From contig MRSU01005286.1 of the NCBI GenBank assembly GCA_008369845.1, positions 1 to 32,194 of the forward strand: a DNA stretch of 32,194 bases. Reading direction: 5' to 3'. The position numbers were made by a program, and so were the translations under genes. The notes under the pieces were generated by a model. It was not told the origin of the DNA and searched no databases. It saw only the letters and a program-made list of their open reading frames with translations. Origin of the DNA: Trichomonas gallinae (lineage: Eukaryota). Below, piece after piece: positions 1 to 10,300 of the stretch (position 1 is the stretch's first letter; every line of letters starts with the position of its first letter).

Positions 1-455
1 TATCAAATAAAAACGACCAAAAAAATTGAATACGTATCGAAAAAGCTGTCTGACATCGAAAAAATGAGCAACAGTAATTTCTTTTGAATTTTAAATCTTT
101 TTTAATTGAGGAATTGTGACCAAGAACGTGATGAAAATGTCTAACTTGCTTTCATGCTATCTATTTCTAAAGTCCTGAGAAAGTTTGATTTTCAAAGCTT
201 TTTTGGCGTGTAAAGAATTACACGACAATTTGACACATATTTTGAATTCAATTTCTGACCAAAACTTATTTATGACCATTAACATGGATTAAAATTTTAT
301 AATTATTGAATTTGAATTTAAATAACGGTTATTGTAAACCAAACCACTTTACTAATTTATATATAATCATCATGCAATTAAATTTATCGCAACATCAAAT
401 AAACCTTATTGTCAAATTGACAAGATTTTGGGGGTTTTGTCATGCTGCCATTAAA

Positions 456-689
456 ATGTTTCTCCTCCTTTTCATTGTTGCCTTCTTGAGCTACAGGCAG
501 CCACGCCATTCCAACAGACACCGCCAATCAAATGGCGGCGGAGACAACCAATATTATTGCATCAAGCGCTGCATGGAAGATTCTACTAATGGTCCGATGT
601 CCGTCGAAAAGAGAGGTTTTTGCGGATACAAATGCAAAGATAAACTAGGTATCAAAGAAGAGGATCAGAATGATGATTCTGGGCATTAA
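456..689 (+). CDS. Small secreted cysteine-containing peptide (77 aa, signal peptide, twin CX3C motif)
   Basis: ATG at 456 follows TAAA at the AT-to-GC transition; the upstream part of the 306..689 ORF is AT-rich and looks non-coding. N-terminus is hydrophobic (MFLLLFIVAFLS), followed by CIKRC-x16-CGYKC. Stop TAA lies within TAAA. Confidence 0.7.
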   Translation: MFLLLFIVAFLSYRQPRHSNRHRQSNGGGDNQYYCIKRCMEDSTNGPMSVEKRGFCGYKCKDKLGIKEEDQNDDSGH

Positions 690-1259
690 ATTTAGGTTTT
701 CAATTTGTTTATATCCTATTAAAAAGCTATTTACTAATTTTCACGCCTAAAATTTACTACTGAACCAAGGATTATCACCTTAGTTCTTAAAATTATAAAA
801 TTGTTTTTTTTCAAATGATGATATTTTTTTAAAAGATAAGACATATGCATTGGAGTATGAATTGTTCACTTTAAGAAGACTCGTAATTTTAAATACGAAC
901 TCACAAACTTCGAAATGGAGAAATATATTTTTATCAATTTTTATTTTATAACTTTCTATAGTTCAGACTTCTCAAAATGCTACAATTGCTCCCTTTTTGA
1001 TATTCAGTTACAGTATTGAGCAAAAAATTCAGAATGAATTAATTCAAAAAATAATAAATTTGCGAATAGAACAATCATAAAATCAGTAATTAAATAAGTT
1101 TTGTAGATCAAATCGAAGGAAGTCTTAAATATAATTTTCTTGAATTATGAAATTGATTTATCTGCAGAATTTCGACATGCTGCTAAACATTCAATGCTCA
1201 CACGAAATATGTTTTCTCATAAGAAGTAAATATGAAAAACTCTAATTTTTGTTTTTTTG

Positions 1260-1377
1260 ATTTGTACAGACACCGGAGCATAGACCAAGACCGCCTGGCC
1301 TCCTGAAAGATGTCCGTGGATCTTCTCCGCTTATGACACTCAATAGCACAAGCCATCGAGCTTATCAACGGAGGTTT
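1260..1377 (-). ncRNA. Candidate box H/ACA guide snoRNA (hairpin-hinge-hairpin-ACA)
   Basis: GC-rich non-ORF island. On the minus strand, hairpin 1 is CUCCG..CUCGAUGGC-uugu-GCUAUUGAG..CGGAG. The hinge contains AGAAGA (ANANNA). Hairpin 2 has lower stem CGGACAUC/GGUGUCUG, internal loop UUUCAGG/AUGCUCC and upper stem AGGCCAGG-cggu-CUUGGUCU. ACA follows (+ strand 1263-1265), then AT-rich flank. The ends are inferred. Confidence 0.65.
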
Positions 1378-1394
1378 AACGAAATATGGCTGTC

Positions 1395-1423
1395 AAAACC
1401 GCTTTCATCCTTCCTAACCGTTC
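1395..1423 (-). promoter_or_regulatory. Two M3 (Myb-recognition-like) core promoter elements upstream of the candidate snoRNA
   Basis: The minus strand reads GAACGGTTA...AAGCGGTTTT. Both match the trichomonad M3 consensus [AGT][AG]C[GC]G[TC]T[TAG] and lie about 20 and 40 nt upstream of hairpin 1. Confidence 0.5.
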
Positions 1424-1906
1424 ACATCGTTTATTTTATTTTGACATGTAAATTTTATGCCATCCATTTTGACTTGAAAATAATCGTAAATGACATGTAA
1501 ATTAAAATTGAAATATTTTTCATCCATGAATATGATTAGCTAATAATGAATAGAAACCAATATTATAAAAATTTCGAAGAGAAATCAATTACAAAATTTC
1601 AAAAATTTAATTTCTCATGATTTTTATTTTATTTTTTAAATATATGCTTTATTTATTGAAAGCATTTTATTTATTAATTATTTTCCAAAATTATTATTTA
1701 AAAATTTCTTCAACTTAAAATAATTTTATATCGATATCTGCAAGAATTTGAAGAATCATCTTATAGACAAATAAATAATGCTATTCATAATATATCTATT
1801 TGTTAAGCAGATGTTTGAAAATATTGGTTATTTATAAAGTTATAAATCAACAAACTATGACGCGAAAATGATAAAAAAAAATTAAGTGCACGTTTATTAA
1901 TTAAAA

Positions 1907-3334
1907 ATGGAGAATAGGTCTGCTCTCTTTTCTATCATGCAGGACGTTTCCGAGGAGTTAGAACCATGCATTGGTGCTGAGCAACGCGCTAGGATAGAGA
2001 ATCTCGAAGTTACTGTTAAATCCCTTCGAGATCAATTGCAAGAGAGAGATCAGTCCAACCAATTCCTTAAATCAATCATTCTTGCTGTCGAGAACAAGGT
2101 TTCTGATATAATTGAGAAGCAAAAGGCCACAATTGCCCAGAATTCGCCTGAACAAGAAAAATTGGAGGAAATTCTGGACGAAAATGATGTTGTCAACAAA
2201 ATAGATATGCTTTTCAACTTATTACAGGAGAAGAAAACGGCTCCATCATCTCCAAGGCGCTCATTTGGCTCTTTTGCTAAAGATAGTCCAAATTCCGATG
2301 TTGTTAAGAGATTGAAGCACCAACTCATCGGCCATGTCGATTTCCTTACAAGACTTGTTGATTCGCCAGAATATCAGCAGCTTTTCCTTATCTCTGACTC
2401 AACTGGTCGAACATTCCTCCAGGAATCGACAAAGAACCAACTCCTTGAGCAAGCACGCCGTACAACTGAACTTCTATATGATGTTACCAAAGATATTCCA
2501 AAGGACACAGATTTGGCAAATATCAATGAAGTTCTCTCCCAAAAGATCGATTTAGAGCACAGAACTGAGAACCTCAAGCACTTCATCAAGTCAAATGCCT
2601 TAACACACCAAGAAATTGGCGATCTCTTGCTTCAGGAAACATTTATCACATCTTTGCTTTCTAAGACCCTTTCTACTTACCAAAAGAAGCTCAAACAGGC
2701 GGAAGGAATGACACAAACTGTTCAATCACCAAGGAGTACATCAGATTCCTTCGATAGAAGAGCAAAGCAAATTATGGAAATTGTCAACAACGCGCTTGGC
2801 GAAGATGAGCCATATTCCAAGGAATCCCTGCTTAACAGTGTCCAGAGGATGGCATCAGATTACTTAGAAGCAAGAGAAATCATTGGTGACGAGAATCCAC
2901 AAAAATTTGCAGAATATGCGCAAAAACAAACGAAAATCCTCACAGAGCTCTCGAAGAGAGTCAAAGACCTCAACGAGAGGAGCCGCTCAAGCTCATCTAT
3001 ATCAAACAATCAGCAGCAAACTGACTCTAACGCGCTGAACTGGCAGATGTGGGCAAGAAGAGTTTACGCAGGATTATTAGGCCTCGAAGCTCGTCCGAAG
3101 AGCGAGAGAGAAATGCAGATAGTCATTGAAGAGAGTGCTCTCACGTCTGTTGGCGGAAGGCGCCTTCAAGTCTGCCTGGAATCGCTCAGGAATCAAAAGA
3201 GAGTCATGAGAGAACCAGATTATCCAAGAAAAGATAATGTCACAATGAAAACACTTGTCGCAGTCACTATATCCATCAGGAGGATGATGAGAGGCCGCCA
3301 GTACCTCGGAAGAAGAGGCTTCGACTATATTTAA
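1907..3334 (+). CDS. Hypothetical coiled-coil protein (475 aa)
   Basis: Long ORF with coding-like composition, AAAATG start and heptad-rich E/K/Q/L segments; stop TAA within TAAA. No family recognised. Confidence 0.85.
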   Translation: MENRSALFSIMQDVSEELEPCIGAEQRARIENLEVTVKSLRDQLQERDQSNQFLKSIILAVENKVSDIIEKQKATIAQNSPEQEKLEEILDENDVVNKIDMLFNLLQEKKTAPSSPRRSFGSFAKDSPNSDVVKRLKHQLIGHVDFLTRLVDSPEYQQLFLISDSTGRTFLQESTKNQLLEQARRTTELLYDVTKDIPKDTDLANINEVLSQKIDLEHRTENLKHFIKSNALTHQEIGDLLLQETFITSLLSKTLSTYQKKLKQAEGMTQTVQSPRSTSDSFDRRAKQIMEIVNNALGEDEPYSKESLLNSVQRMASDYLEAREIIGDENPQKFAEYAQKQTKILTELSKRVKDLNERSRSSSSISNNQQQTDSNALNWQMWARRVYAGLLGLEARPKSEREMQIVIEESALTSVGGRRLQVCLESLRNQKRVMREPDYPRKDNVTMKTLVAVTISIRRMMRGRQYLGRRGFDYI

Positions 3335-3501
3335 AGAGTTTTTGTTTGATTAAAAATAAATAAATCATGATTTCAACAAAAATTACCAAACTTTTTCTAA
3401 TCTGCATTAATAAATGTGCGACACTAATATAGTATATTCCTCACTATTGTTGCTTATCTTCAAACTATGCTTTTTCACGTGCGGAAAAGCGACAATAACG
3501 A

Positions 3502-3771
3502 GTCATTAACACATGGTGAAGAAATGGAAAAATGTTGTTGGCAAATAACAATTTTAAGAAAAGTAATAATACATATGACTCTAGAAACATATGTGGGAAA
3601 ATCAAATATGCAACAAGTTGTTATGAATATATTTTTACATGACAGATTGTCATATTTAGGAGAAATTTGTATGATTTACATGTCGTGTTTTTGTCAAAAA
3701 AAATCGATGCCATATGTGATGAATATTTATCAGGTAGAAAACATCCTATAGAAAGAAAAATAGAATGTTAA
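3502..3771 (+). pseudogene. Degenerate gene relic, possibly sulfotransferase-like
   Basis: One frame (not the listed 94-aa ORF) reads VINTW*RNGKMLL...YIFT*QIVIFRRNLYDLHVVF with in-frame TGA stops. The two motifs resemble the 5'PSB (RSGTxLL) and 3'PB (RRNLLDxxVS) motifs of P-loop sulfotransferases. Confidence 0.3.
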
Positions 3772-4050
3772 TAGGAAGAAAAATTATAAACAAATCTATA
3801 AAAATTTAATGGATGATTTTTTCATTTTGTCGTGTGAAACGATTGTATTAGTCATTAATCAACCAATTATGCAATAATTTCGCATCTTTAACTCTATTAT
3901 AAGTTATTATTTAAATTCTAGATTTTTCTATGGAAATCTGATTCTCATTTTCACATATTTGCATCACATGTTTGTAAATAGATTATGGACAAGTTTTGGG
4001 CTTCCAAATACTTAGAGAAATCAAAATCAAAATTTTAAACGTATAAAAAA

Positions 4051-5523
4051 ATGAGTTTAGCGCGAAGACAGTATGAATATAAACAGAAACAGCGCGAATT
4101 GATAAGAAATCAACAAAAAACCTTTCAAGATGAAGTTAATCAAAATATCAAGTCACAAGCTAACGCAGAATCAGATCTTCGCGCAACGTATCGAAGAAAA
4201 GTCAACGAAAGAAAGCAAATGGACCAAGAATTCGAAATGGCAGAGAAACTATACAAGCAGAGACAAGAATTAGAAGCAAGAGAACAATTTTTGAAAGAAC
4301 AAGATAATATTGCGAAAAAACTATCAAAGCAAAAGCATAAAGAAATAGTCGACAAGAAAATTAGGAAGGCATTAAGGGAAGAGGTCCCAGAATTACGTGA
4401 ATTGCGCGCAAAATTAAATACAGCGATAATAAATCAAACAAGAGACATTCAAATTCGTCAAAAAGAAAGACAGAAACAGATAGAGTACGAAGATGAGATC
4501 ATGGGAGGTCTCGAAGCAATCAAAAAAGACAAAGAAGATGAAGCTCGCGAAATTGAAGCCGAAAGAATGCGTCGTTACGAAAAACAGCAGCAGAGACAAC
4601 AAGAGCAGGCCCAGCTCGAAGAACAAGCCCGCAGGAAGAAGCTCCTAGAAGAAGCACAGCGTGAGGAAGACGAAAGACAAATGCACGAGAACATTAAACG
4701 CGAAAGAGAAGAATATTTACAGCGAATGCGCGAGAAACAAGCGAAAGAAGAGCGCGAGAAAGCGGAGATGAGAGAGTTCCTCAGACAGAGAGAGATAGCC
4801 AAAGAGCGCGAGAGAATCAGGGAAGAAGAAGAAAAGAGAGCAATGGAGTCCTACATGAGAGATGTCGACGAGAGGCTTCAGCGCGCTTTAGAGAAACAGA
4901 GGCTGCTGAACGAAGAGAGAGAAAGGAACGCTCAGAGACTGGGTGAAGACATAGTCAGGAGAAGGAAGGAACAAGAGGAATACGAGAATTTGGTCATCGA
5001 ATTGGCTGTTGAAGAAGAAAAAGAAAAACTCAGGCGCAAAGAAGAAGCGGAAGCAGAGCGAATCAGAAAGCAGATGGAAGAGGCGCAGGAGTACATGAGG
5101 ATGCACCAGAGGATGAAGATGGAGAAGGAGATGCTCGCCAAGGAAGAGAAAAAGAGACTCGCAAGAGAATTGCGCGAGCAGCAGCAAAAGCTTTGCGAGT
5201 TAGAAGCAATAGAACTAGAGAGAGCGAGATTGAAGCTCCAAGAGTACCACAACGAGCTCCAGAAGCAGATGCTGCTCAAGAAACAGATGTATGAGCAGGC
5301 TAGAGCGGAAGAATTGCGAAAACTAAGAGAGCAACAGAAGAGAGAAAAGAAGAAACTGAAGATGATAGAAGAAGAAAGGCGCGCGATTATCATAGAGCAC
5401 TTAGAAAGCTTCGGAGAGGAGGCAATCAAATACCTGCCAAAGGGAGTGCTAAGAGAAGAAGATTTGGATTATCTTCCAGAGAGATTCGTCAATGCAATAT
5501 TGAACTCGAAAGTTTTAGTGTAA
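4051..5523 (+). CDS. MNS1: Meiosis-specific nuclear structural protein 1 homologue (TPH-domain axonemal coiled-coil protein)
   Basis: 490-aa E/R/K/Q coiled coil. It contains ELRELRAKLNTAIINQTRDIQI and C-terminal IIIEHL...YLPKGVLREEDL, matching the MNS1 signatures ELRELExKLxAAYxNKERxxQI and YLPKGV. Confidence 0.88.
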   Translation: MSLARRQYEYKQKQRELIRNQQKTFQDEVNQNIKSQANAESDLRATYRRKVNERKQMDQEFEMAEKLYKQRQELEAREQFLKEQDNIAKKLSKQKHKEIVDKKIRKALREEVPELRELRAKLNTAIINQTRDIQIRQKERQKQIEYEDEIMGGLEAIKKDKEDEAREIEAERMRRYEKQQQRQQEQAQLEEQARRKKLLEEAQREEDERQMHENIKREREEYLQRMREKQAKEEREKAEMREFLRQREIAKERERIREEEEKRAMESYMRDVDERLQRALEKQRLLNEERERNAQRLGEDIVRRRKEQEEYENLVIELAVEEEKEKLRRKEEAEAERIRKQMEEAQEYMRMHQRMKMEKEMLAKEEKKRLARELREQQQKLCELEAIELERARLKLQEYHNELQKQMLLKKQMYEQARAEELRKLREQQKREKKKLKMIEEERRAIIIEHLESFGEEAIKYLPKGVLREEDLDYLPERFVNAILNSKVLV

Positions 5524-5661
5524 ATTGTGTTATTTTTCTTTTTATTCATATAATTATAACAATTTTTAACTAGCAATTTTTGAATAAGCTTCATTTTCAA
5601 ATTTTATCAAATAATCTGATATCATATATAGATTCTAAATATGCATCTGTTCTATCAACTT

Positions 5662-5813
5662 TTAAATAGAATCACCTAATTCAATCAATTTTGAAACACA
5701 ATCAACATTATTGAAGAGTGCTGCAAAAATCAAGGCAGTTTCTCCATTTTATTCTATATTTGCACCAAGTTCAATCAATTGTTTAATGTTGCTATAATCA
5801 ACACTGTTTCTCC
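5662..5813 (-). pseudogene. Ankyrin-repeat gene relic
   Basis: The minus strand translates as GETVLIIATLNN, then after a frameshift/deletion LIELGANIE*NGETALIFAALFNNVDCVSKLIELGDSI*. These are two ankyrin consensus repeats (GxTALxxAA...LIxxGAxI) with stops and deletions. Confidence 0.8.
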
Positions 5814-6140
5814 ACTTTACTATATTGATTTATTCCAAACTTTCAGAAATATTAAAGATAATTTTTCGATTTTTTGGTAATATTTATTTTTCAATGAAAA
5901 ATATAGATATAAACTAGGTAGAAAACTTTTCTATGTGTAATATTGAACACATCAATACTTCTAATTGAAAAATATTTTATATTACTAACAAATACATAAA
6001 TATCTTAAAATATTGATATATACAGTGAATTCATTATAAAAATAGCACTAAATAGCTTAGATTACATAAATATTTCAACAATGGAAATATTCAACGAAAT
6101 AACATGAAAGAAACATCAAATATGCAGAATATTTGCATTA

Positions 6141-6881
6141 TTATGTATAGTATTGAACGCATTTCTCCGGATTTTCTGTTTTTGGTTTCTTTAATAATAA
6201 TTCAACATTTGTTTCTATTTTTCCTTCTCTAAGGTCCAAAATAGCTTTGTGTACATCTCCGTAGGCGTTGTGAATTGCAATAATTATTGAAGGTATTGGA
6301 ATCTTTTTTCCGAAAAATTCATGGATTAAATACACAGTTTCGTAGTATTGAGAAGGAAACCAGGTTGGTAGATCTTCGTCAATTTCAATTTTTTGTGGTT
6401 CATTGTTGTTTTCATCTGATTTATTTTCTTCATCTGCTGAAGAAGTAAGAAAAAACGTTTTAGGTTGTATTTTCTTTTGTTTCTGCTTTATCTTTTGCTT
6501 TGCAGGTTGTTTTGTGCGTTTTTTAGTAGTCTTTGGTTTCGATTTAATTGACCCCTTTTCATCTTCGCTTAATTTCGATTTTTCGTCATCTGAACTTGAA
6601 ATAGAATCTGTATCTGCACCCAATCTTATCATTATACGAGAATCATCATTTTTGGTTTTTTTTTCTTTATCTGGAGAATCTGAATCATTGCTAAAATGCG
6701 ATCTTTTTGGTTTATTAGTAACATCTATTAAAACAACATTATCAGAATCGACAGAAGAAGATTCATCAGCAGCAGATTTGCCTTTTTCTTTAGATTTTTC
6801 TAATTCATCTGATGAGCTTTCAAATATTTCATCATATGATGAACTTGTTTTTTCTTCTTTTATAGAATCTGATGATGACAT
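6141..6881 (-). CDS. Hypothetical protein: S/D/E/K-rich disordered region with small C-terminal helical (UBA-like?) domain
   Basis: 246-aa ORF with low-complexity acidic/serine tracts and a basic NLS-like stretch. C-terminal IIIAIHNAYGDVHKAILDL resembles the UBA/CUE-like ALxxxxGDVxxAIxxL pattern (inference). Confidence 0.8.
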   Translation of the reverse strand: MSSSDSIKEEKTSSSYDEIFESSSDELEKSKEKGKSAADESSSVDSDNVVLIDVTNKPKRSHFSNDSDSPDKEKKTKNDDSRIMIRLGADTDSISSSDDEKSKLSEDEKGSIKSKPKTTKKRTKQPAKQKIKQKQKKIQPKTFFLTSSADEENKSDENNNEPQKIEIDEDLPTWFPSQYYETVYLIHEFFGKKIPIPSIIIAIHNAYGDVHKAILDLREGKIETNVELLLKKPKTENPEKCVQYYT

Positions 6882-7321
6882 TAAAAATTTTTAATTTCTG
6901 CCAAATAAAACCAAAATATGACATGTAAAATTTCAAAATGAAATTATATAATTTCATTTTTCCAAATACATCTTTGGTAAAATTTGATTGTGATAAAGTA
7001 TTGGTTTATGCTTCAATTTATGATCATCATTATGTTATCAAACTTTTCTCACAACAAAAGCAATAACTACAAGAAAGCTTTAATTTATGCATCAATTTTT
7101 GATCATAAGGATTTACAATGTAATCCACAATATTTAATAATATAATGTCATGTAATAAGCTTATTAATCAGTCAAAAATCAAAAATATTTTGGTTTGCAA
7201 TTCGATGAACTATTTGAAATTCATGCCTTGGAGTGCTAGCAAACTCAACAATAATTATCTGACAAAATGTAAGTTAAGAATAAACCTATAAACAAGTGAA
7301 TATTTTTCAAAAAATTAAACT

Positions 7322-10300
7322 TTATGATATATAAGATGGTGGAGCGAGCGTCCTATATCTATCCAACGCCCCAAGGACGGATGGCGATATCTGCTCCTCA
7401 TGTTTGCTCCAGAAAAATTCTATAACACGCCTGAACATTATCTGCTCTCCATCGGAGCAGGACATCAAGGCTTTTTCGATCTCTTCCAGACTGTCCTCTG
7501 TGACTTTTTCGCGCTGGTCGAGAAGGTGGGCGGTGATCACATACGCGCACCTGTCGTTTATGTCGATTGGCTCTGAGTTCGTTGCCCTCAAAAGGACACC
7601 GTATGTCGTGAGAATTGCAACTTGGATGATGGGATTTGACACTTTGAAGAAAATCTCTTTCAGCTTATCACGCGCGTAAATCAGAGCTTCTGGCTTAGTG
7701 GCGAATGTAGTGAACCTCAAGAACGCGCGCGTGGAGTTGAGGATCTTCCTCTGCGTGAGTGTCGACATCGTTAAAATGTTCGAGAAAATGTTGACCAAAA
7801 ACATGACGAATCTGTCATTGTTCATTGCAAAAGCAGCTGACTGCGTGACGTCATGCAAGCTGGAAATCATCGACATCGATTGGTCATGATTCGATGTCGA
7901 AATCAAGCGAAGTAACTTTGGAACGTTGTGTTCAAATATCGGGAAAATCGAAGTCAAAACCGCGGGAGTGATTCTCGATGCTTGATCCCACAGATTTTCG
8001 AGCAATTTCTCCGTCTTCTTGGAGTTTCCTGCCACGCCTTTGATCAGGCCGTCGAGGAACTCAACAACTCCGTTGATCATCTGAGGGAACTTCGGATCAT
8101 AGTAAGGAGATGATGTCGGCATCAAGAAAATGTTAATGAAGTCGCAAATGGAGTTGAAAACGACGCCGAATAAATCAGTCTGACTCTCTTTGTAAGAAAT
8201 CAGCAGCGGCTTGATAAACCTGTCGAACAAAGTCTGGAAAATAGGGACATAAGACAAAGCTCTTGTTGAAATGGACATGAGACAAGTCAAAGCGCGTCTT
8301 CTGAATGAAGGCTCATTCGGATCCGCAGACGCAGCAGTCAACAAGTAGTTGATGAACGGAGAGAATCTGCACGGGTGCAATACGTACATGGCACTTGGGA
8401 ATGACATGAATTCGTCGAAGAATTGAGGATTGTTCAATGATTTTATCATGATAGGCATGACTATTTTCCTCGTGAATTCGTGGCAGTCTTTGACTGGCCA
8501 GCATTTCACTCCTTCCACCATGTCGCTGATGATTTGCACCAAAAATGACCAGTACTCTGGGTCTTCTATTGTGTCGATCTCTTCTTTTATTAACTCAGAG
8601 ATCGGATCTAATATAATTGGACCCATGCATGATGCCAAAAATCCAAACAGCTGGAAAACGATACTATCCTGTGCTTCAGTTGCGTCTAAGTTGAAAATCG
8701 CTCGTGTTATTTCTGGAATGGCTGCGAGGAGTTTGTCGTTCTTGTAGAATTCTGTCTTTATGCAGTCGTTGTATTTCTTAGGAGTCGTGTAAAAACCAGT
8801 AGATGGGTTATCATACAAACAGACATTTTCTATCTCGAAGGCTTCATCAGCTGCAGGAAGAAAGTCTTCTGGCGAATTTCCTTTGATGTCTTTGATGACG
8901 AATTTGCATAACTCGTCTAATGGTTTCAGTTTGCCGTCAAATGTTTTGATGTTTTCTTTTTGTGGTGATTTTCTCTGCAAGATTATGATGATGCAAGTAA
9001 TTGCGACGACAACAGCTCTCAGAGCTTCACCGCAGGCCGTCTTAAGGATAAAATTAAAGATCGACTCGGGGACATCATCGACATGCTTCAAAACAGTCAG
9101 TACTTCGGCCGCAGCAATCAATTGGAAAGAAGATTCTTCGCGATAATTATCTTCGATTGCTTTTGCGAGTTTTAACGTAAATTCCTCCCAGCTCTTTTGT
9201 TCTTCCGAGCCTTTGATCTGTGTCCAGTCGTAATCGAGTGCGTCTTCCATTAATCTGACTTTCAAATTATTTTCAGATTCGTCATTCTTAAGATCAGTCA
9301 ATGGCTCGAGCATCTTAAGAAGCTTAGGCTGCATCCAGACTTCTGGGCTGGGAGTAGAAAGATAACTATACAAGAAAATAAATTCATCAGATATAGGAAT
9401 GTCTGTCTTAAATAATTTTGCCAGAGCTTTGACTGCTAAAGGCTGAACAGATTGATGCAATAATTGGATTACAGAAATTCCTGTTCCTGCAATAGTTACG
9501 TTTTTATCTAAACAAATCTGCAAAACTTGGTCCAAAAGATAGTTAATTGATTTGCAGAGAGGCTTCAGAGCTGAATTTAATCGTTTGTTATATTGTATTG
9601 TTAATAATTGAGAGATAATAAATCTATTTCCGTTCATTTTCGCGCTGTCGTCGAGTCCTAATGTGTGGAAGACTGAGAAATAGTTGTAGTCAGATCCTAA
9701 ATATCCGCAAGAGCTTAATAATATGTTTGAAACTTCAGTTGAAATAATTTGATTGTCATGGAACTTCTTGTTCAAGTGGAATGAAAGATCAAGGGCTACA
9801 TGTGATAGTTTGAGGTTCTTTATTGGCTTGCGGAGCATTTTTGGTGTATCAATGAAACTCTTAGGGAATAATGAGTAATCTTCTGATGTATAACATTCCA
9901 TCTTCTGTAAAATGATGTAGCAAGCTTTGTAGAAAGGCTTCATCTTCGAAATAACTTGATTGACGTCTTCTAATTTCATTATTTCCTCTATATAAGGAAC
10001 GTAGAGCTCATCAACTACTTCTGTGAAGAAAGGTGTCGCTTTTGCTGGTGAACCAACCATGTTTTTGAAAGGAATTAAAACATCTCCAATTGTTTTTTCT
10101 CCATTTTCTTTGATTTCTTCGTTATTCGGTTCAACTTTCATTATGTAGTTGCCGAAAGGAATCAATGCAGCTGATGTTGCATTCCATCCGATTCTTTTTG
10201 TTTTTCTTTCATCAGAATTCCTGTATTTTGCGAGATCTTTGATAACCTTCCTCATTTCGTCGGCTGTGCTCGAAATTTCGCGGCCTAAAGTGGCAATTGT

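Noticed and set aside
306..455. N-terminal extension of the 127-aa ORF
   Set aside because: It has a TTG start and AT-rich non-coding composition; the signal-peptide ATG at 456 is much more plausible.
3467..3751. 94-aa ORF in the track
   Set aside because: The composition is not protein-like, and a different, stop-interrupted frame looks more like the ancestral coding frame.
4140..5429. Antisense and overlapping ORFs inside MNS1 (and similar ones inside the PA200, importin, WDR3 and 6141-6881 genes)
   Set aside because: These are shadow ORFs produced by biased codon use on the real coding strand (S/F/L/C-rich translations).
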